From positions 33,379,148-33,432,237 of the forward strand of contig NC_068987.1 of NCBI RefSeq assembly GCF_001194135.2: a DNA stretch of 53,090 nt, in the 5' to 3' direction. The notes below the pieces were generated by a model. That model saw only the letters and a program-made list of their open reading frames with translations, did no database searches and was not told where the DNA came from. This stretch comes from Octopus bimaculoides. Taxonomy: Eukaryota. Position numbers and translations under genes: made by a program. This document shows positions 36,613 through 50,735 of this stretch, piece after piece. Position 1 is the stretch's first letter. Each line of letters starts with the position of its first letter.

Positions 36613-37027
36613 CTACGTCTTATATAGATGCACTATATACATGTATACACACACATGCACACACGCACNNNNNNNNNNNNNNNNNNNNNNNNNNNNNNNN
36701 NNNNNNNNNNNNNNNNNNNNNNNNNNNNNNNNNNNNNNNNNNNNNNNNNNNNNNNNNNNNNNNNNNNNNNNNNNNNNNNNNNNNNNNNNNNNNNNNNNNN
36801 NNNNNNNNNNNNNNNNNNNNNNNNNNNNNNNNNNNNNNNNNNNNNNNNNNNNNNNNNNNNNNNNNNNNNNNNNNNNNNNNNNNNNNNNNNNNNNNNNNNN
36901 NNNNNNNNNNNNNNNNNNNNNNNNNNNNNNNNNNNNNNNNNNNNNNNNNNNNNNNNNNNNNNNNNNNNNNNNNNNNTATATATATATACATATGTGTGTA
37001 AGTGTGTGTGTATAAAATCATTAAGGT

Positions 37028-37413
37028 AGCTAGACGCGATAAGTAATTCACCGTGATTAACAGTGACCAAGTGTGCAGGCATAACCAGTGTTCATAGAAT
37101 AAAAGTCATAGATTTTCAGCCACATAACGTTCTATTTGAAACCTCCCCACTGCAAGCGAGATGCGTTAGATTCGCATATTAATCAGTGGCCGATTTTGCC
37201 AACTGGTAATGTGAGTAGATGCAATTTCAATCCAAAATGAAGTAATTCACTTCGCTTGGAGTGGGGATGTGTTTTCTCTCAGTTTAAATAGAACGTGTTT
37301 TATGTAGCTAAAGAATCTATCACATATTTCCAGCGAAGCTGGTGTTCCCTGCATTCTTGGTCACTTTTAGTGACTATGGATTATTTCATTTTAGGCTTTA
37401 AATTGCGTCTAGC
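37028..37413. mobile_element. Old degenerate foldback/MITE (~130-160 bp arms)
   Basis: Ordered blocks in 37028-37160 (tagacgc, agtgaccaag, tgcagg, acgttctattt, ccccactgcaagcga) recur as reverse complements in 37250-37413. Confidence 0.6.
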
Positions 37414-37814
37414 CACACATTACTAACTTGCGGAAAAAGCCACCGATTCCGATTGTATTTTCCATAATCCTGACAGGCGAAAATTCAGCTTCACCACTCT
37501 AAATGAAGTAAACAGAATTGACGAGTATTAATTTCTATACAAAATTNNNNNNNNNNNNNNNNNNNNNNNNNNNNNNNNNNNNNNNNNNNNNNNNNNNNNN
37601 NNNNNNNNNNNNNNNNNNNNNNNNNNNNNNNNNNNNNNNNNNNNNNNNNNNNNNNNNNNNNNNNNNNNNNNNNNNNNNNNNNNNNNNNNNNNNNNNNNNN
37701 NNNNNNNNNNNNNNNNNNNNNNNNNNNNNNNNNNNNNNNNNNNNNNNNNNNNNNNNNNNNNNNNNNNNNNNNNNNNNNNNNNNNNNNNNNNNNNNNNNNN
37801 NNNNNNNNNNNNNG

Positions 37815-38120
37815 ACATCAACTGACTGCAATGAGCCTCGCCCACTCATTGTTTTCATCAAAATCAGACAAAAAATGCAAAAGCTGCAGGAAAAATAACA
37901 TCGTTATGAGAATTTCCATTCAAACGCGCGATTGAGCTCATAAGAATCGATGCCAACGGAGCATAAGTTTTCGAAAAATTCCGGCTTTATTTGAACTTCA
38001 GGGCATGTGATCTACCTATATGCCAAAAATCATTAAAATTGGTTGGAGGGTGTGGGAGGAGTTAGAGTAACACCAAACACACACAGAGACAGACACTATT
38101 ACACATTTATGTATATAGAT
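37815..38120 (+). mobile_element. Possible non-autonomous Helitron/DINE-like repeat
   Basis: End pattern aaaatcattaaaattggttggagggtgtgggaggagtt...acagagacagac...tatatagat resembles invertebrate rolling-circle-derived repeats. Recall-based only. Confidence 0.25.
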
Positions 38121-38755
38121 ACGCTTGTCTATGCGTGAGGGCACCCAGATATGTGTGTGTGTGAAATGTTTGTGTGGTTGTGTGTGTTTGTGGAGTGTTT
38201 TTGTTTGTGTGTGTGTGTATACAAACAACCTTCCATTTTTCTGAAATATTTGGTAAGATATTTTATGTATAAATGGAACCTCGAGGCAAACTAAAAGAAT
38301 ATTATCAACATCACTATCCTCCTCCTCTCCCTGCGCCCCATGATGATCGCCAGGACCAGCATCATCAACTTCGTCGCGTCCTCCTTTGCACCACCACCAC
38401 TACCACCATCATCATCGCTAGCAGTTATATTTAACATTTTAATATGTCTATTCTCTTATGTCTTTATAATGATTACTGAGTTTTCCATTCTCATTTTTTG
38501 TTAATTCATTTTTCATTTTTCCTTTCATTCTATCCTTATTTCTATTTCTGCCTACATCATTAATGCATTACAAATTCCAAATCTTCAATATCTCCTTCAT
38601 AATTTATTTCCTTACATTAAATTCTTCTTTAGCCTATCCTTCTAACTCCACAACCCACACATACACGTAAGCATTGAAGAACATATATCCGCACACTAAT
38701 ACACATACACATGCACACTAACACAAACTTAGGAGCATAAACATTTAGAAACGCA

Positions 38756-38796
<41 letters not shown>

Positions 38797-39226
38797 CACA
38801 CATGCACAGACTTAAATGCATAGAAATTCATACATACAAACATACATGCATGCATACATGCATACATACATAAATACAAACACACGTACGTACATATATG
38901 TAAGATAATATTTCCGTTGTATTACTTGTAATGCTTTCTCATTTCACATCCTTCTGGACAAATAAAAATACAATGAACATGTTATGCTGTTTTTATTGAT
39001 TTATATTATTGTTATTATTTTTCAATTTATTGCTAAAAGATGCAATCTTATGCAGCTCCTGTTTAGCTTGTTATAATGTGTTTTCCCCAATGTAAGTTAA
39101 AATTGTTGGTTTTCTTGCTATTGTCATTATGATCAAGAAAGATAAAGTAGGTTTAATTTGTTTACATATTTCTCATTGACGAGAAGAAATGTTCCTAATT
39201 GTTGTTTGTTTCTGCCTTTTCACCAG

Positions 39227-39281
39227 AATATATTTTGAAAATGGCCACGGTGGTAATGAGGCTCATTGATAGACAGCGTTG
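39227..39281 (+). other. Candidate 55-nt exon (YILKMATVVMRLIDRQR), unverified
   Basis: Strong acceptor cctaattgttgtttgtttctgccttttcaccag; weaker donors at 39253 (gtaatg) or 39282 (gtgaaa). Confidence 0.25.
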
Positions 39282-40436
39282 GTGAAATTTATTCTATGAA
39301 AGGAGAGAAAAATTGCAAATCTTTCCTGTAATAAGAACAGTATTCCAAACATCAGAGATAATTTCAAATGTTAGCACAAGTGAAATGAACAGAGTCGTCA
39401 GAATCGTAACTCTGATAATCGTTATTATCCAGTGTCGAGTAGGTAACCATGGCTCTCAATGGTGTCCTAATCCCTACGTGAAAATTAAGCCGAAAGTGTA
39501 AAGAACTGGAACAGATAGCGCAATTCTGCTAATTTACCACATTGAAATGGAACTTCATTTATCGTACCAGGAAAATTTGGCTTTGCAGAGGTTCGAATTC
39601 CTTGAACAAAGAAAAACTTTAAATAAATTTCCAGAAAGCATTCAATCGGACGCTTTACTACTCCCGTTACATCGTTGTTTCTTGAACATTGTAACAGAAG
39701 CTCCAAAGGTTTCATTAAATACCCCCTTCATCAAATCGATAGCGAACATTTTACGGAATCTAGAAAGAGAATATTTCATATGTAAAAATATAAAGCAAAT
39801 GATCGTAGTGCAAGTCAGCGGAAACCGACAAACTAAAATATTTATCTAAAGGATAGATGTTCATCCTTTCCATACAAAATATGATAGAGAGCTATATTTG
39901 TTCAAAAAATAGAATACAAAATTCAAACAGGCATAATTTTCGAAAACTGCTTTCTTTATGTTAATCTCGGAATTTCTGCAATGGATGGCTATCACTTACA
40001 CGTGTATAATTTAAATTTTGTCACACTATTTCCATGTTATTAAACTATCCAGAATGTCAAGCCAGTTACAAAATTAACTTCCAGTTTGAGGGGAATCTCT
40101 ATGCTATTCCAGCTAGTAGGAACTACGATGTAAAAGCTCCAGCGTTTACTAGTAAGATAACTGGGAATGATACTAAGTTCAACCAATTTTCTTCGAAAAC
40201 AATTTGCAATGAAACAAAATCAATTTACAGTTATGGGCAACTAAACGCACAACCACTTCTTGCGTATAGGCATCAGTCTAGGGTTCAGTTCTACCACAGT
40301 CAGTCAAATATGGTTTATGGTACACAAACATACAATGATGGTGTGTAATTTGCAGATAACTCTCAAGAACAATCAAGGTGGTATGTTTTAGACAATATAT
40401 CGATGGCTGAGTTCATGAACCTTGGTTCTTTTCTCT

Positions 40437-40467
<31 letters not shown>

Positions 40468-40494
40468 CTGGGTTATTTGGCACCAGTAGCAGAA

Positions 40495-41132
40495 ACGACC
40501 TGATATAGAACAGCCCTCCTGTAATCTTCTGAGATCTGGACGACATATCGGTGCCACATCAAGGGTTTAGAAAGATTTCATCACACTTGCCCAAGGAGAA
40601 TACTTGACATTAAATGGAGGTCTTTAACACCAGACATCGTTGTTCTTCAGCAAGCTAACACATCCAGTATTGAAATGATCTTATTACGTAATCAGATGCA
40701 TTGGGTTGTGCACCTTGCTAGAATGCAGGATGACAGGTTGCCAAAGCAGTTGTCTTACAGGGAGTTGCAGCGTGGCAAACTTCTGAGACATAAACCTAAG
40801 AAACGTTTTAAGGATGCTGTCAAAAGCAACCTTAAGACCCTTAATGATAAAGTTGAAGACTGGGAGCAGATGACGCAAGATAGTCGCTTGGTAACAAAGG
40901 ATCTACAATACATGTAAAGCATTTGAAGTTCGAAGAATTGAACAAACTATCTTGAAACGAGCATTCCGTAGACAGGACTTAACTACAATCTTAGACACTA
41001 ATCTGCTTTAAAAATTTTGTTAGGTCTGCAGTAAAGTTTGCTTGTTAAGAACAGGACTTGCTAGTCGTGTAAGATCTCATGACAGTATTTATTAATTGAA
41101 GAGATGGACTTCTTCGGTAAGGAAGTGGCAAT

Positions 41133-41138
<6 letters not shown>
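40495..41138 (+). mobile_element. RTE-clade LINE 3' half, 5'-truncated and decayed
   Basis: SSEIWTTYRCHIKGLERFHHTCPRRILDIKW..QMHWVVHLARMQDDRLPKQLSYRELQRGK..KPKKRFKDAVKSNLK..VCSKVCLLRTGLASRVRSH; (ATC) tail. Confidence 0.9.
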
Positions 41139-41214
<76 letters not shown>

Positions 41215-41752
41215 NNNNNNNNNNNNNNNNNNNNNNNNNNNNNNNNNNNNNNNNNNNNNNNNNNNNNNNNNNNNNNNNNNNNNNNNNNNNNNNNNNNNNN
41301 NNNNNNNNNNNNNNNNNNNNNNNNNNNNNNNNNNNNNNNNNNNNNNNNNNNNNNNNNNNNNNNNNNNNNNNNNNNNNNNNNNNNNNNNNNNNNNNNNNNN
41401 NNNNNNNNNNNNNNNNNNNNNNNNNNNNNNNNNNNNNNNNNNNNNNNNNNNNNNNNNNNNNNNNNNNNNNNNNNNNNNNNNNNNNNNNNNNNNNNNNNNN
41501 NNNNNNNNNNNNNNNNNNNNNNNNNNNNNNNNNNNNNNNNNNNNNNNNNNNNNNNATTCCTGCAGAACTAATGTGGGGTATAGAATATGGAATATACAAT
41601 ATATAATATGATATACAATATACAATGTAAAATAAAATAACATAAAAATAGATGGCACCATGAAAGAAAGTATTGAATGTAGATGAAATATTGAGTGTTC
41701 AATATAAAGGATCAAATATATAAATATATAAATATAAATATATATATATAAA

Positions 41753-41792
41753 GGCGACTCGAGTTTCAGGGCTATTTCCCTTCGTCATGGCC
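41753..41792 (-). ncRNA. Minimal hammerhead-like motif isolated between (TA)n runs
   Basis: Minus strand GGC-C(A)TGACGA-AGGG[AAATAG]CCCT-GAAA-CTCGAG-TC-GCC: perfect stem II, palindromic helix III, GUC triplet. One extra base in the core and only a 3-bp stem I. Confidence 0.45.
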
Positions 41793-41825
41793 GGTATGAC
41801 AGACTTTAACTATATATATATATAC

Positions 41826-41860
<35 letters not shown>

Positions 41861-41885
41861 CATATATATATATATATGACTTATT

Positions 41886-42203
41886 ATATGAAGCCTAGTA
41901 CTTATTCTATGGGGGTGTTTTTGCTAAGTTACGGCGAGGTAAACAAACCAACACCCGTTGTCAAGCGGTGGAGGACAAACAAAGGATCAGAGACATGCAT
42001 ACAGACACAGTCTCAGAGATACACGCACACACACACATTTATATACAATGGGCTTCTTTTATTTTCCGTCTTCAAAATCTACATACAATGCTTTGATCGG
42101 CCCGAAGATATAGCAGAAGCCGCATGCCATACGTCTCACGCACGCAGAGACTGAACCCGGAGCCATGTGGTTGAGAAGTAAGCTTCTACCACACAAGCAT
42201 GCC
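41886..42203 (-). mobile_element. CORE-like tRNA SINE (34647 family), degenerate
   Basis: gaacccggagccatgtggttgagaagtaagcttctaccacac is the reverse complement of the family 5' end. Confidence 0.8.
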
Positions 42204-42902
42204 TTATTTTTTCATTTTCTCATATTTTCCTTGCTTCTTTTTAATCTCTCGCTTGTTTCTTGCATTCTATATTTACAAATACTCCTTCCACCCAAAATAG
42301 TTGCTTTTCCTCTGTATTGTTATATAATGTACTGAAAACTCTAACACAGCACATCCACACACTTTAAATTATTTCCCAGCAACAAATCAATTTTCTAATA
42401 CACTTCAAACTCTCCATACTATCTCTTCATATCACACATCCCCACACAAATATACTTGAATATTTAAATACATGCGTACATACACTAACTCATACACAAA
42501 CGCATACAAAACACACATACACTGGCGCATATATGTATTCTTATACTCACTCATACTAACACATACAATGGAAACTATTCAGTCTGTCCTCTATCGCCTG
42601 TCATTATTTGCCTCCCCTTCATTTCCTGCTTTTCTGTCTTCCTTCATACACATTATGAGAATTCTCGCCAATACTATCGAACTGATCTCTCAAATAGGTC
42701 CTTTTAATGAGTTTTTAATTACTCATCTGGGACTAACGAAACTCTCAAATTATTCCTAATGGCAACCCATTACTTAAATATAAATAATGAATTGTCTGCA
42801 TCAGATCATTTGGGGGTGGATAATGACCGCTATTGGTAACTAACTCCAATTTACTCTGTTTCTTCGATATATTAGTTCGACATTCATTATATTTTTAAAG
42901 TC

Positions 42903-42965
<63 letters not shown>

Positions 42966-43286
42966 GTTATTATCATTGTTGTTATTATTATTATTTAGTT
43001 CTTGTTTTATATTTACTGTTCTTTAAATTTACAACAGCATATAAAGTTGAGATATATTACTAGAGTTGCTGCAGGGAATAGAAAAACCGTCACTAAAAAA
43101 AACGAGGGAAAGGTAATTGAAAAGTTACATATTCATGTACATGTATGTACATGTATAATGTATATATGTGTATGAGAATATGGATAGACACACGTGTGTA
43201 TGTATGCATGTATGTATGTATGTATTAATGTATATATATATATATATATATATATANNNNNNNNNNNNNNNNNATATATATACACA

Positions 43287-43318
<32 letters not shown>

Positions 43319-43664
43319 CACACACATATACATAGTTACATACATATATATAGCCATAAATGGACGTATATGTACATATTACAGACGCACAAGCATATCT
43401 ACATGTGTGTGTATGTGTGTACGTGTGTGTGTGTGTGTGTGTCTGTGTGTTTGTGTGTGAATGTATGTGTGTGTGAATGAGTGTATGTGTCTGTGTATAC
43501 ACACAAGGGATGTTTCGAAAGTAAAGCAAAAGTGTGCATATCTTTTGTATTAATTGAGGTATGTCGTTCAAACGGGAAGAGTCTGGTAGATTAACTTTTC
43601 ATCGACAGTAACATTTCTTCTTCTTCTTCTTCTTCTTCTTCTTTTTTGCAGGCAAATAATGGGT

Positions 43665-44310
43665 TCTGAGCAGAGTCATCGTGCCATCGTTGAGTTTGTG
43701 ATGAAGCAGTGTGTCGTCTGTCAAACACCCGCGGAAAGCCACAGTTTTTTGAGGGATGACACTACTCATAACAGCAACGTGCACAGATGAAAAAATTCTA
43801 ATGAAGGGAGATTCACATTGAAGGCAAAGCATGCAATGAGAGAGTACCGAATACGATACTTATTGCGCACTAATACGCCCAGAGAGATGAGACACACTCA
43901 GATGATACGCCCAGAGAGATGTACGACTACACTCCAGGAAAAGCATTTCAGAAGATGATGGGTTTTCCATAATTTGTGCAAATTAGGTGTCACGGAAATA
44001 AATGGGAGAAAGTCGGAAATTCTACTGGAAGCTGGAATTGGCAAAGTATCAAACTTAGCCGCATCTTTCTGATCCGGAAACAAAGGTTCATTTCATTGAA
44101 TAGGGTTATGGCTATTCTCCAAGTGCCGAGTTATCTGGTTGCCAACAATCATGGTATTCTGTAAGCAGTGTTTAAATCAGAGCAATCTCAGTGCCCAACT
44201 AAACAACGACCTCATTTGGGGGATTAAAATCTCGAATATTCCTTTTCCTTACATCGCATGTACTTGACCACCTCAATATTTGCCGATGTATAACTTTATG
44301 CTGCCCTAAT
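43665..44310 (+). mobile_element. Highly decayed mariner-like element (N-terminal HTH region)
   Basis: SHRAIVEFVMKQ..PAESHSFLRDDTTHNSNVHR*KNSNEGRFTL resembles mariner QRAVIxFL..xSPxEIH..YGDxxxSxSxVxRWxxxFxEGRxSL. The rest is poorly recognisable. Confidence 0.4.
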
Positions 44311-47106
44311 TATATATTTTGAGAAGGGAAGGTTCGAATTTTCAACTTGGTACACTGCAGAATGTTGTTCGTTTGGAATTAATGTGCATCGCATTTATTG
44401 AAAGTGATGCTGAATAGTGACCAAGCAGTAATTTCTAGCAGCCATTTGCAACTGTTTTATGCTGGTATGAATAGGTTATTTTAAGACAAAAATACAACAC
44501 CCGCGTATAATTTGGAGATTAAACGCACAGAGAACGAGGCAAGACAAGAGTTACATAAATTTCTATATTCGTGAGCAGATCATTCATTCAATGCAAAAAA
44601 AAAAAAAAAGCTGACGTTATTCTCAAAATGATTCAAGCAATATAAAATTTCGCATACCATGAATGATGTGGTAGGCAAGTATCTGTAAGAAGATGACGAA
44701 GAAGTAGATGATGTGTAATCTGTAATTACAGGCAGCAATGATGAAGCGACTTGTGCGATGATAACGTTCACCAAATAATTATGAAGATTTTATTCAGTCC
44801 TGAAAATGATGATCAATGCGATTTTAATGAACGACTGCAAATTCAAAATTTAAGATTTACTACTTAATTTACTATTTAAAATGATATGAAATTTCTGCTT
44901 AGTTTTTATATGCATAAATAATGTTTACAAATGCATTTTCATTCACAACGTTTATAATTATAGTTTTTATATTTACAACCTTAAATTGCATGAAATTACT
45001 TTTTGAGAAATGTGAATTCAGAACTGTATTATACAGCGTTGCAGTAGGCGGACATAGGCAAGTACAAAAACATTTATAAGCGTTTATATAAGCAACAGAA
45101 TTATATTCACATAATGGGATGTAGGTAATTTTTCTTTTGTTCATGTTATATGATGGAGAATTACTAATATTCTTACGTTAATAGTTTGTTTTATTTCTTT
45201 ATTCACTTAGGATATCATTTGGATGTCTGTATTTGATACGGTTTGTGTAAGAAAACTGCTTGTTGCTGTTACCTTCGTTGCTTATCTGCATTTAAACAGT
45301 GATCAAGCATCAAGGGCTCAAAGACATTCATATCCTAACCAACCAAATATTGCTCTATATCGCATTATTCAGTTTCTGGTTCTAGTGTCACAAGCAGTGT
45401 TTCTCAGCACCTTGGATATTGCAGTAAATACGGGTGGTTATTCGCTAAGTCCCTACAAAGTATTATTGAAAGGTGGAATTTATACTTTTGCTACTTGAAG
45501 AAAAGCGTAGACAATATACTATATGATATACAAAACAGCAGTATTAGGTCACTCCTTGAACACCTACGATAATATGTCTGCTTGATCATGACTCAGAATG
45601 ATCCATCCCCGCATCCCCCAAGAACTACATAAAATAATAAACTATAATACACGTGGAAGTTATAAAACCAACATGGATAAGAAAAAAAAACGAATCAAAC
45701 AAATAGAAAAACTGAAAGCCAAACGAGAGCAATATTTGTGATGTTGGAGAGCAAAATGACACATACATACGCATATACATAATATATACATACATACACA
45801 CATACGTAGACATATGCATACATACATACATACATATACGCATGCACACACACATGCATACATTCATAAAGTAGATCCGTAGATGCAGATGTAGGAAGTT
45901 AGTAGAGCATTGATGCAGCTAGTACAGATGAAGAAATGGGGACAATATACAATAAAGCAAGTTTATTAACATCGTAAGTTAAACAAAATCAAATGACTAA
46001 TGATTAGGGTAGATGGCCCCCAAAAGAAATAAGGCGAATGTGTTTACAGATGTCATTTAGTGTAAGGAAAATAGATTCTAGGTAGAGGGGAGGTGGAGGT
46101 GGGTAAGACTAACTATAAAATTCCTTTACACAAAATCAGCAGAGAAATAGTAAGAGACAAACAACTGATAGAGTAAAAATCCTAGTTTATCTTAGATAAA
46201 TTATTGGGACACACTGTCGAAGGAATAAATAAAAGTGACTTGTGAAAAAGGACACGCACACACTCACACGCTGAAACACGCGCGCGCACATACACACTCA
46301 TGCACAGACACACACAGAGACACACACACACATATATTTTATGGTATCTAATAGCTGATATAACTCAATATCACTTTCAATCACGTGCGACTGTTAAGAA
46401 ATGCATCGAGCTTATAATAAGGTCTATTTCAAATTTTTATGAACAATTTTGACTTTTTAAACATGATATTTTCTGAATTTTTCCACGTACGTTTCACCTT
46501 TCCCAAACCCTTTCTTTCTTTCTTTTTCTGATTTAACATGAATAAAGAAAATTGTCGAAACCGGTTTGTTATTTTAATAAATCAATTACAAAATTTAAAA
46601 ACGACTCCACGTTTTGAGAGTCAAGTGCATTTTGAAACCCCCAAAGACATTCTCCCATATTTCCTGCGTAGGAATACAAGCCTTTTCTCCATAGCATATA
46701 TGTATACANNNNNNNNNNNNNNNNNNNNNNNNNNNNNNNNNNNNNNNNNNNNNNNNNNNNNNNNNNNNNNNNNNNNNNNNNNNNNNNNNNNNNNNNNNNN
46801 NNNNNNNNNNNNNNNNNNNNNNNNNNNNNNNNNNNNNNNNNNNNNNNNNNNNNNNNNNNNNNNNNNNNNNNNNNNNNNNNNNNNNNNNNNNNNNNNNNNN
46901 NNNNNNNNNNNNNNNNNNNNNNNNNNNNNNNNNNNNNNNNNNNNNNNNNNNNNNNNNNNNNNNNNNNNNNNNNNNNNNNNNNNNNNNNNNNNNNNNNNNN
47001 NNNNNNNNNNNNNNNNNNNNNNNNNNNNNNNNNNNNNNNNNNNNNNNNNNNNNNNNNNNNNNNNNNNNNNNNNNNNNNNNNNNNNNNNNNNNNNNNNNNN
47101 NNNNNN

Positions 47107-47420
47107 TACTATAGCCTCGGGCTGACCAAAGCCGTGTGAGTGGATTTGGTAGACGGAAACTGAAAGAAGCCTGTCGTATATATATGTATATATATATATG
47201 TGTGTCTGTGTATGTTTGTGTGTCTGTGTTTGTCCCCCCAACATCGCTTGACAATCGATGCTGGTGTGTTTACGTCCCCGTAACTTAGCGGTTCGGCAAA
47301 ATTGACCGATATAATAAGTACTAGGCATCCAGAGAATAAGTCCTGGAGTCGATTTGCTCGACTAAAGGTGGTGCTCCCGCATGGCCGCAGTCAAATGACT
47401 GAAACAAGTAAAAGAGTAAA
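47107..47420 (+). mobile_element. CORE-like tRNA SINE (34647 family), 5' end lost in a gap
   Basis: tactatagcctcgggctgaccaaagcc...gtttacgtccccgtaacttagcggttcggcaaa...ggtgctcccgcatggccgcagtcaaatgactgaaacaagtaaaaga. Confidence 0.88.
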
Positions 47421-48033
47421 AGAGAGATTATATTTACACACATACACACACACACACACACACATATATGTATATATAAGGAAATAGTAACAGAGAACAA
47501 TACGTTGTATATAGCTGTAAAATCAATGCTGTACAGGAAAAAGAAGAACGGGGAAAACAAAATACACGTATACGCATGTGCTTGCGTCCGAATGCGTGTG
47601 TGTGTATACATGTACGTGTCTGTTTTCGTGTGTATGTATATCGTAATTATTTATCGGAGATCCCAATAATGTATGGTGTCAGAATGTTGATACAGCATCC
47701 CATACGTATCCGAATGTTGTGGTCTATTTTGGATTAGCTGTGCAATTTAAATTCGTACACGCAGCAACAGAAGAAAACTTAAAGAATATTCTGCAGTATA
47801 CACTTTAAAATGTCTTACTAGAGAATTGCACATACGCCTCCGTTCTTTCCCTTTTGTGTGACTATAATCATAGGATCATTGAAATTAATATCTGAGCTCC
47901 AAATGTCTAAAATTCTGTTAAAAATGTATTCATATCATAATAGACACTCTCTCTATCGCTGTGTCTTTTGGTCTCTATCACTCTGTGTCTCTCAATCTCT
48001 ATTGCTCTGTCTCTCTCAGTCTACTTTGCTCCG

Positions 48034-48064
<31 letters not shown>

Positions 48065-48849
48065 GGCTCTTTCTCTAACATTACAATTAATAAATAATAA
48101 ACATCAATAACGAATCAACTGAATTTCTATTTGTGCGTTAGAAATATTGTGTAATAATCTATACATGCCTAAGTTCTTTCAGCTAACGAACGGCGGAAAA
48201 CGACACTTTGTTGTTCAGTTTTTCTTTTGTATATTTTATACTCTACATCAATAGCCGAAGGTAAAGAAATATGTAAACAAACCGTAGTGTTAGACAATTG
48301 ATTAATTAATTATTTATTAAGATAAGATTACTCACGTGTCATTTTTGTTTCAATGTTATTTTTAATAGAAAACGTAAACATCAACTAAAATACATAAATG
48401 TCAAGGTTTTTCGCATTATATTCCTCCTAAACACGTCATTTAAATTTAATAATGGCATTAATGTTCTTTGTATATAAAGTTGTTTCTTAAATAAAGCGGA
48501 ATTAACTGTTTTGTCTAAAATACCAGACACTGTTTAAAACAATAAAACTGAATGCAATTTACTGAATATTTAATTTAAAATATATTTAGTATGATGATTG
48601 TTTTTGTGCAGTTAAAAGAGAAAAGATTAACTTGATTCTATAGAGAACATCTGTGGCCATTGAGAATATAGTCACTGTTAATTTGGCTGGAGATGGCTTT
48701 GTTGTATGCGATTGACAGATGTGTGCAAAGTATCAGGTGAAGAAAAAACGATGGTATCACCTGCAAATTGTTGAATAAACAGAAGATCGTGTGTGAAAGG
48801 TTAGCAAACAAAATGATTTGACACACTAAAGATAATAGATTATGGGCGA

Positions 48850-50735
48850 ATAAAACTAAATCATAAGGCACTCTTTTGACAGAAAATGATCTGACGTCGC
48901 GGTCTCGATGAGAGATTTCTCTTCTAGGAACCGTCGAATGTAATACAGTGATAGTGTTTAACTGGCAATATACTATCTTCTGTATTCTTCTTATTCAGAC
49001 GGTAAATATTTATTTCTGTGAAATTTTACTGTTATTTTTCGCACATCCAGAGATTACATTCAGTCGACACATATTATTTTTATTAGTTGTTAGAGGAAAT
49101 ACAGTCAGAATCACTGTTGTCCTCGCTGTACTGTGGCTATCATTTTGTAGGTGATAATGTTATTGCTATTGTTGGTGTTGCGACAGCCATCGTGTATTGG
49201 ATGTTTTGTAGTCCTTAGAAGCAAACTATGATCAAAAGCAATTCAGCCATCGCAAGTTTCCCATTCATGCAGGCATTGCGCATCAAGTACTACACTATAC
49301 TTTTTCTTGCATAATACTTTCGCCATATTCATATATTTTCTGTTTAGATACTTGCAGTTTGTCGGATATTCAACATTATTTCCAGCAATATATTAATTGC
49401 AAGCAATCAGATATTGTGTGCGAAAGGTTTTTTTTTTCTTTGATATCATTGTCAGTCTCGAAATACACGTCGAATATTTCCTTACCGTAGTGAAAAAACA
49501 AAGCAAAACTGCCATGTTCCGTATATGCGTAAACCACTTTTTTCCGTCGAATTATGCATATATTATTGAATGTATTTATCTACCTACAAGCATGTGTCTG
49601 GATGCATTCTTATGTTGAATGTCTGGATTACCATACACATTGATTTAGTCAATTTTCTTATTCTCCATACTAATATTCTGCTTTAGATGGTAGAATCTTT
49701 TCCTGTGATTCCTTTCTTATAGATATTTTTTGCGTAAACATTGTTTCAGTCTAATAAAATTATTTCCTTCCTGTTATTTTCTTTAAATCTTTTTGTCCAC
49801 TGTCGAAAGTTTATGCTTAATATTTTATTTATTCACATGCAAATATATATATCACGAATTTCATGACTTTAATTCATTAATGAATTTAATTGTCTTTCCT
49901 TCAAAGTTCCTTGCCAAAATCAATTTTTTGTTATACAGTTTTATAAATCTACATTAAGGCTCACTCTCACTGAATGCTGTAAGTGAATTTCCTTGAGTTA
50001 TTACCTTTTGTATTGTAGCTTCGCTACACTATAACTTCCTGTTTTATTGTTTTTTTAGCTAAGCTCTTCAAGTCACGTAACATATAAGCTTACTATTTTA
50101 AAGCTGTTGATTTGTGTATTATACTGTTATCTTAATTATGCCTTTCTGTTTAGATTGTAACAGCTGTTTAACTCGTTTGTAGTGCTATTTCAATCATTGT
50201 CCATCTTCTATATCGGGTACACATTTCAACAGTTTCTGACTATTTGTATGTGTATTCCGTGTTTAATATTATGATATCTGGGTCAAGAGGACGTTATAAT
50301 AATTTGCGTTTGTTACATTAGTAAATTTGCCTGATTTCATTTAGCAAGTATATGGGTAGTGTAAACGCCAGTCACACTAGCAGGTTTTTCTAGGAATCTG
50401 GCCGAATTAGTAATTTTCTTATAGGGCTACGGTACTTTTTATTTACTAGTTTGGCAATTTCTGTTGTTTTCTGTTGCATAGTTGAAATAACTGAGTATCC
50501 ACACCATTCGTATTCTATGAAAGTTTTGTCGGAAAGTCATAATTTTCTCTCTCGCTTTTTCCTGTCTTCAAATATTTTGCAATTTACCCTAGCCGAGTTT
50601 TACAGATTATATCTCCTTCAAAATCCTGTAATAGAATATAGCTGCTATTGCGTGTGCAAAATATTTGTATGTCGTTGGCAAACATATCATAAGCCTATAG
50701 TGTCGCGGATCTGTCGGATTTGTTTTAGATAATCA
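48850..50735 (-). mobile_element. Very old R4/Dong-type RLE retrotransposon remnant
   Basis: Minus strand KTNPTDPRHYRLMICLPTTYKYFAHAIA near 50630-50725 matches the RT motif xNYRPITCLPTxYK. The downstream extent is inferred, not clearly aligned. Confidence 0.45.

Noticed and set aside
39313-39849. ORFs of 62-100 aa on both strands, one with a hydrophobic stretch
   Set aside because: No recognisable domain; neighbouring frames are riddled with stops, consistent with an old unidentified repeat.
43874-43925. Short tandem duplication of atacgcccagagagatg
   Set aside because: Two copies only, inside a decayed transposon; ordinary slippage duplication.
46530-46572. aaca-tgaataa...GAAA-CCGG-TT-tgtt, hammerhead-like with a palindromic helix III
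   Set aside because: No CUGANGA core and no stem II; could be chance or a fully decayed copy.
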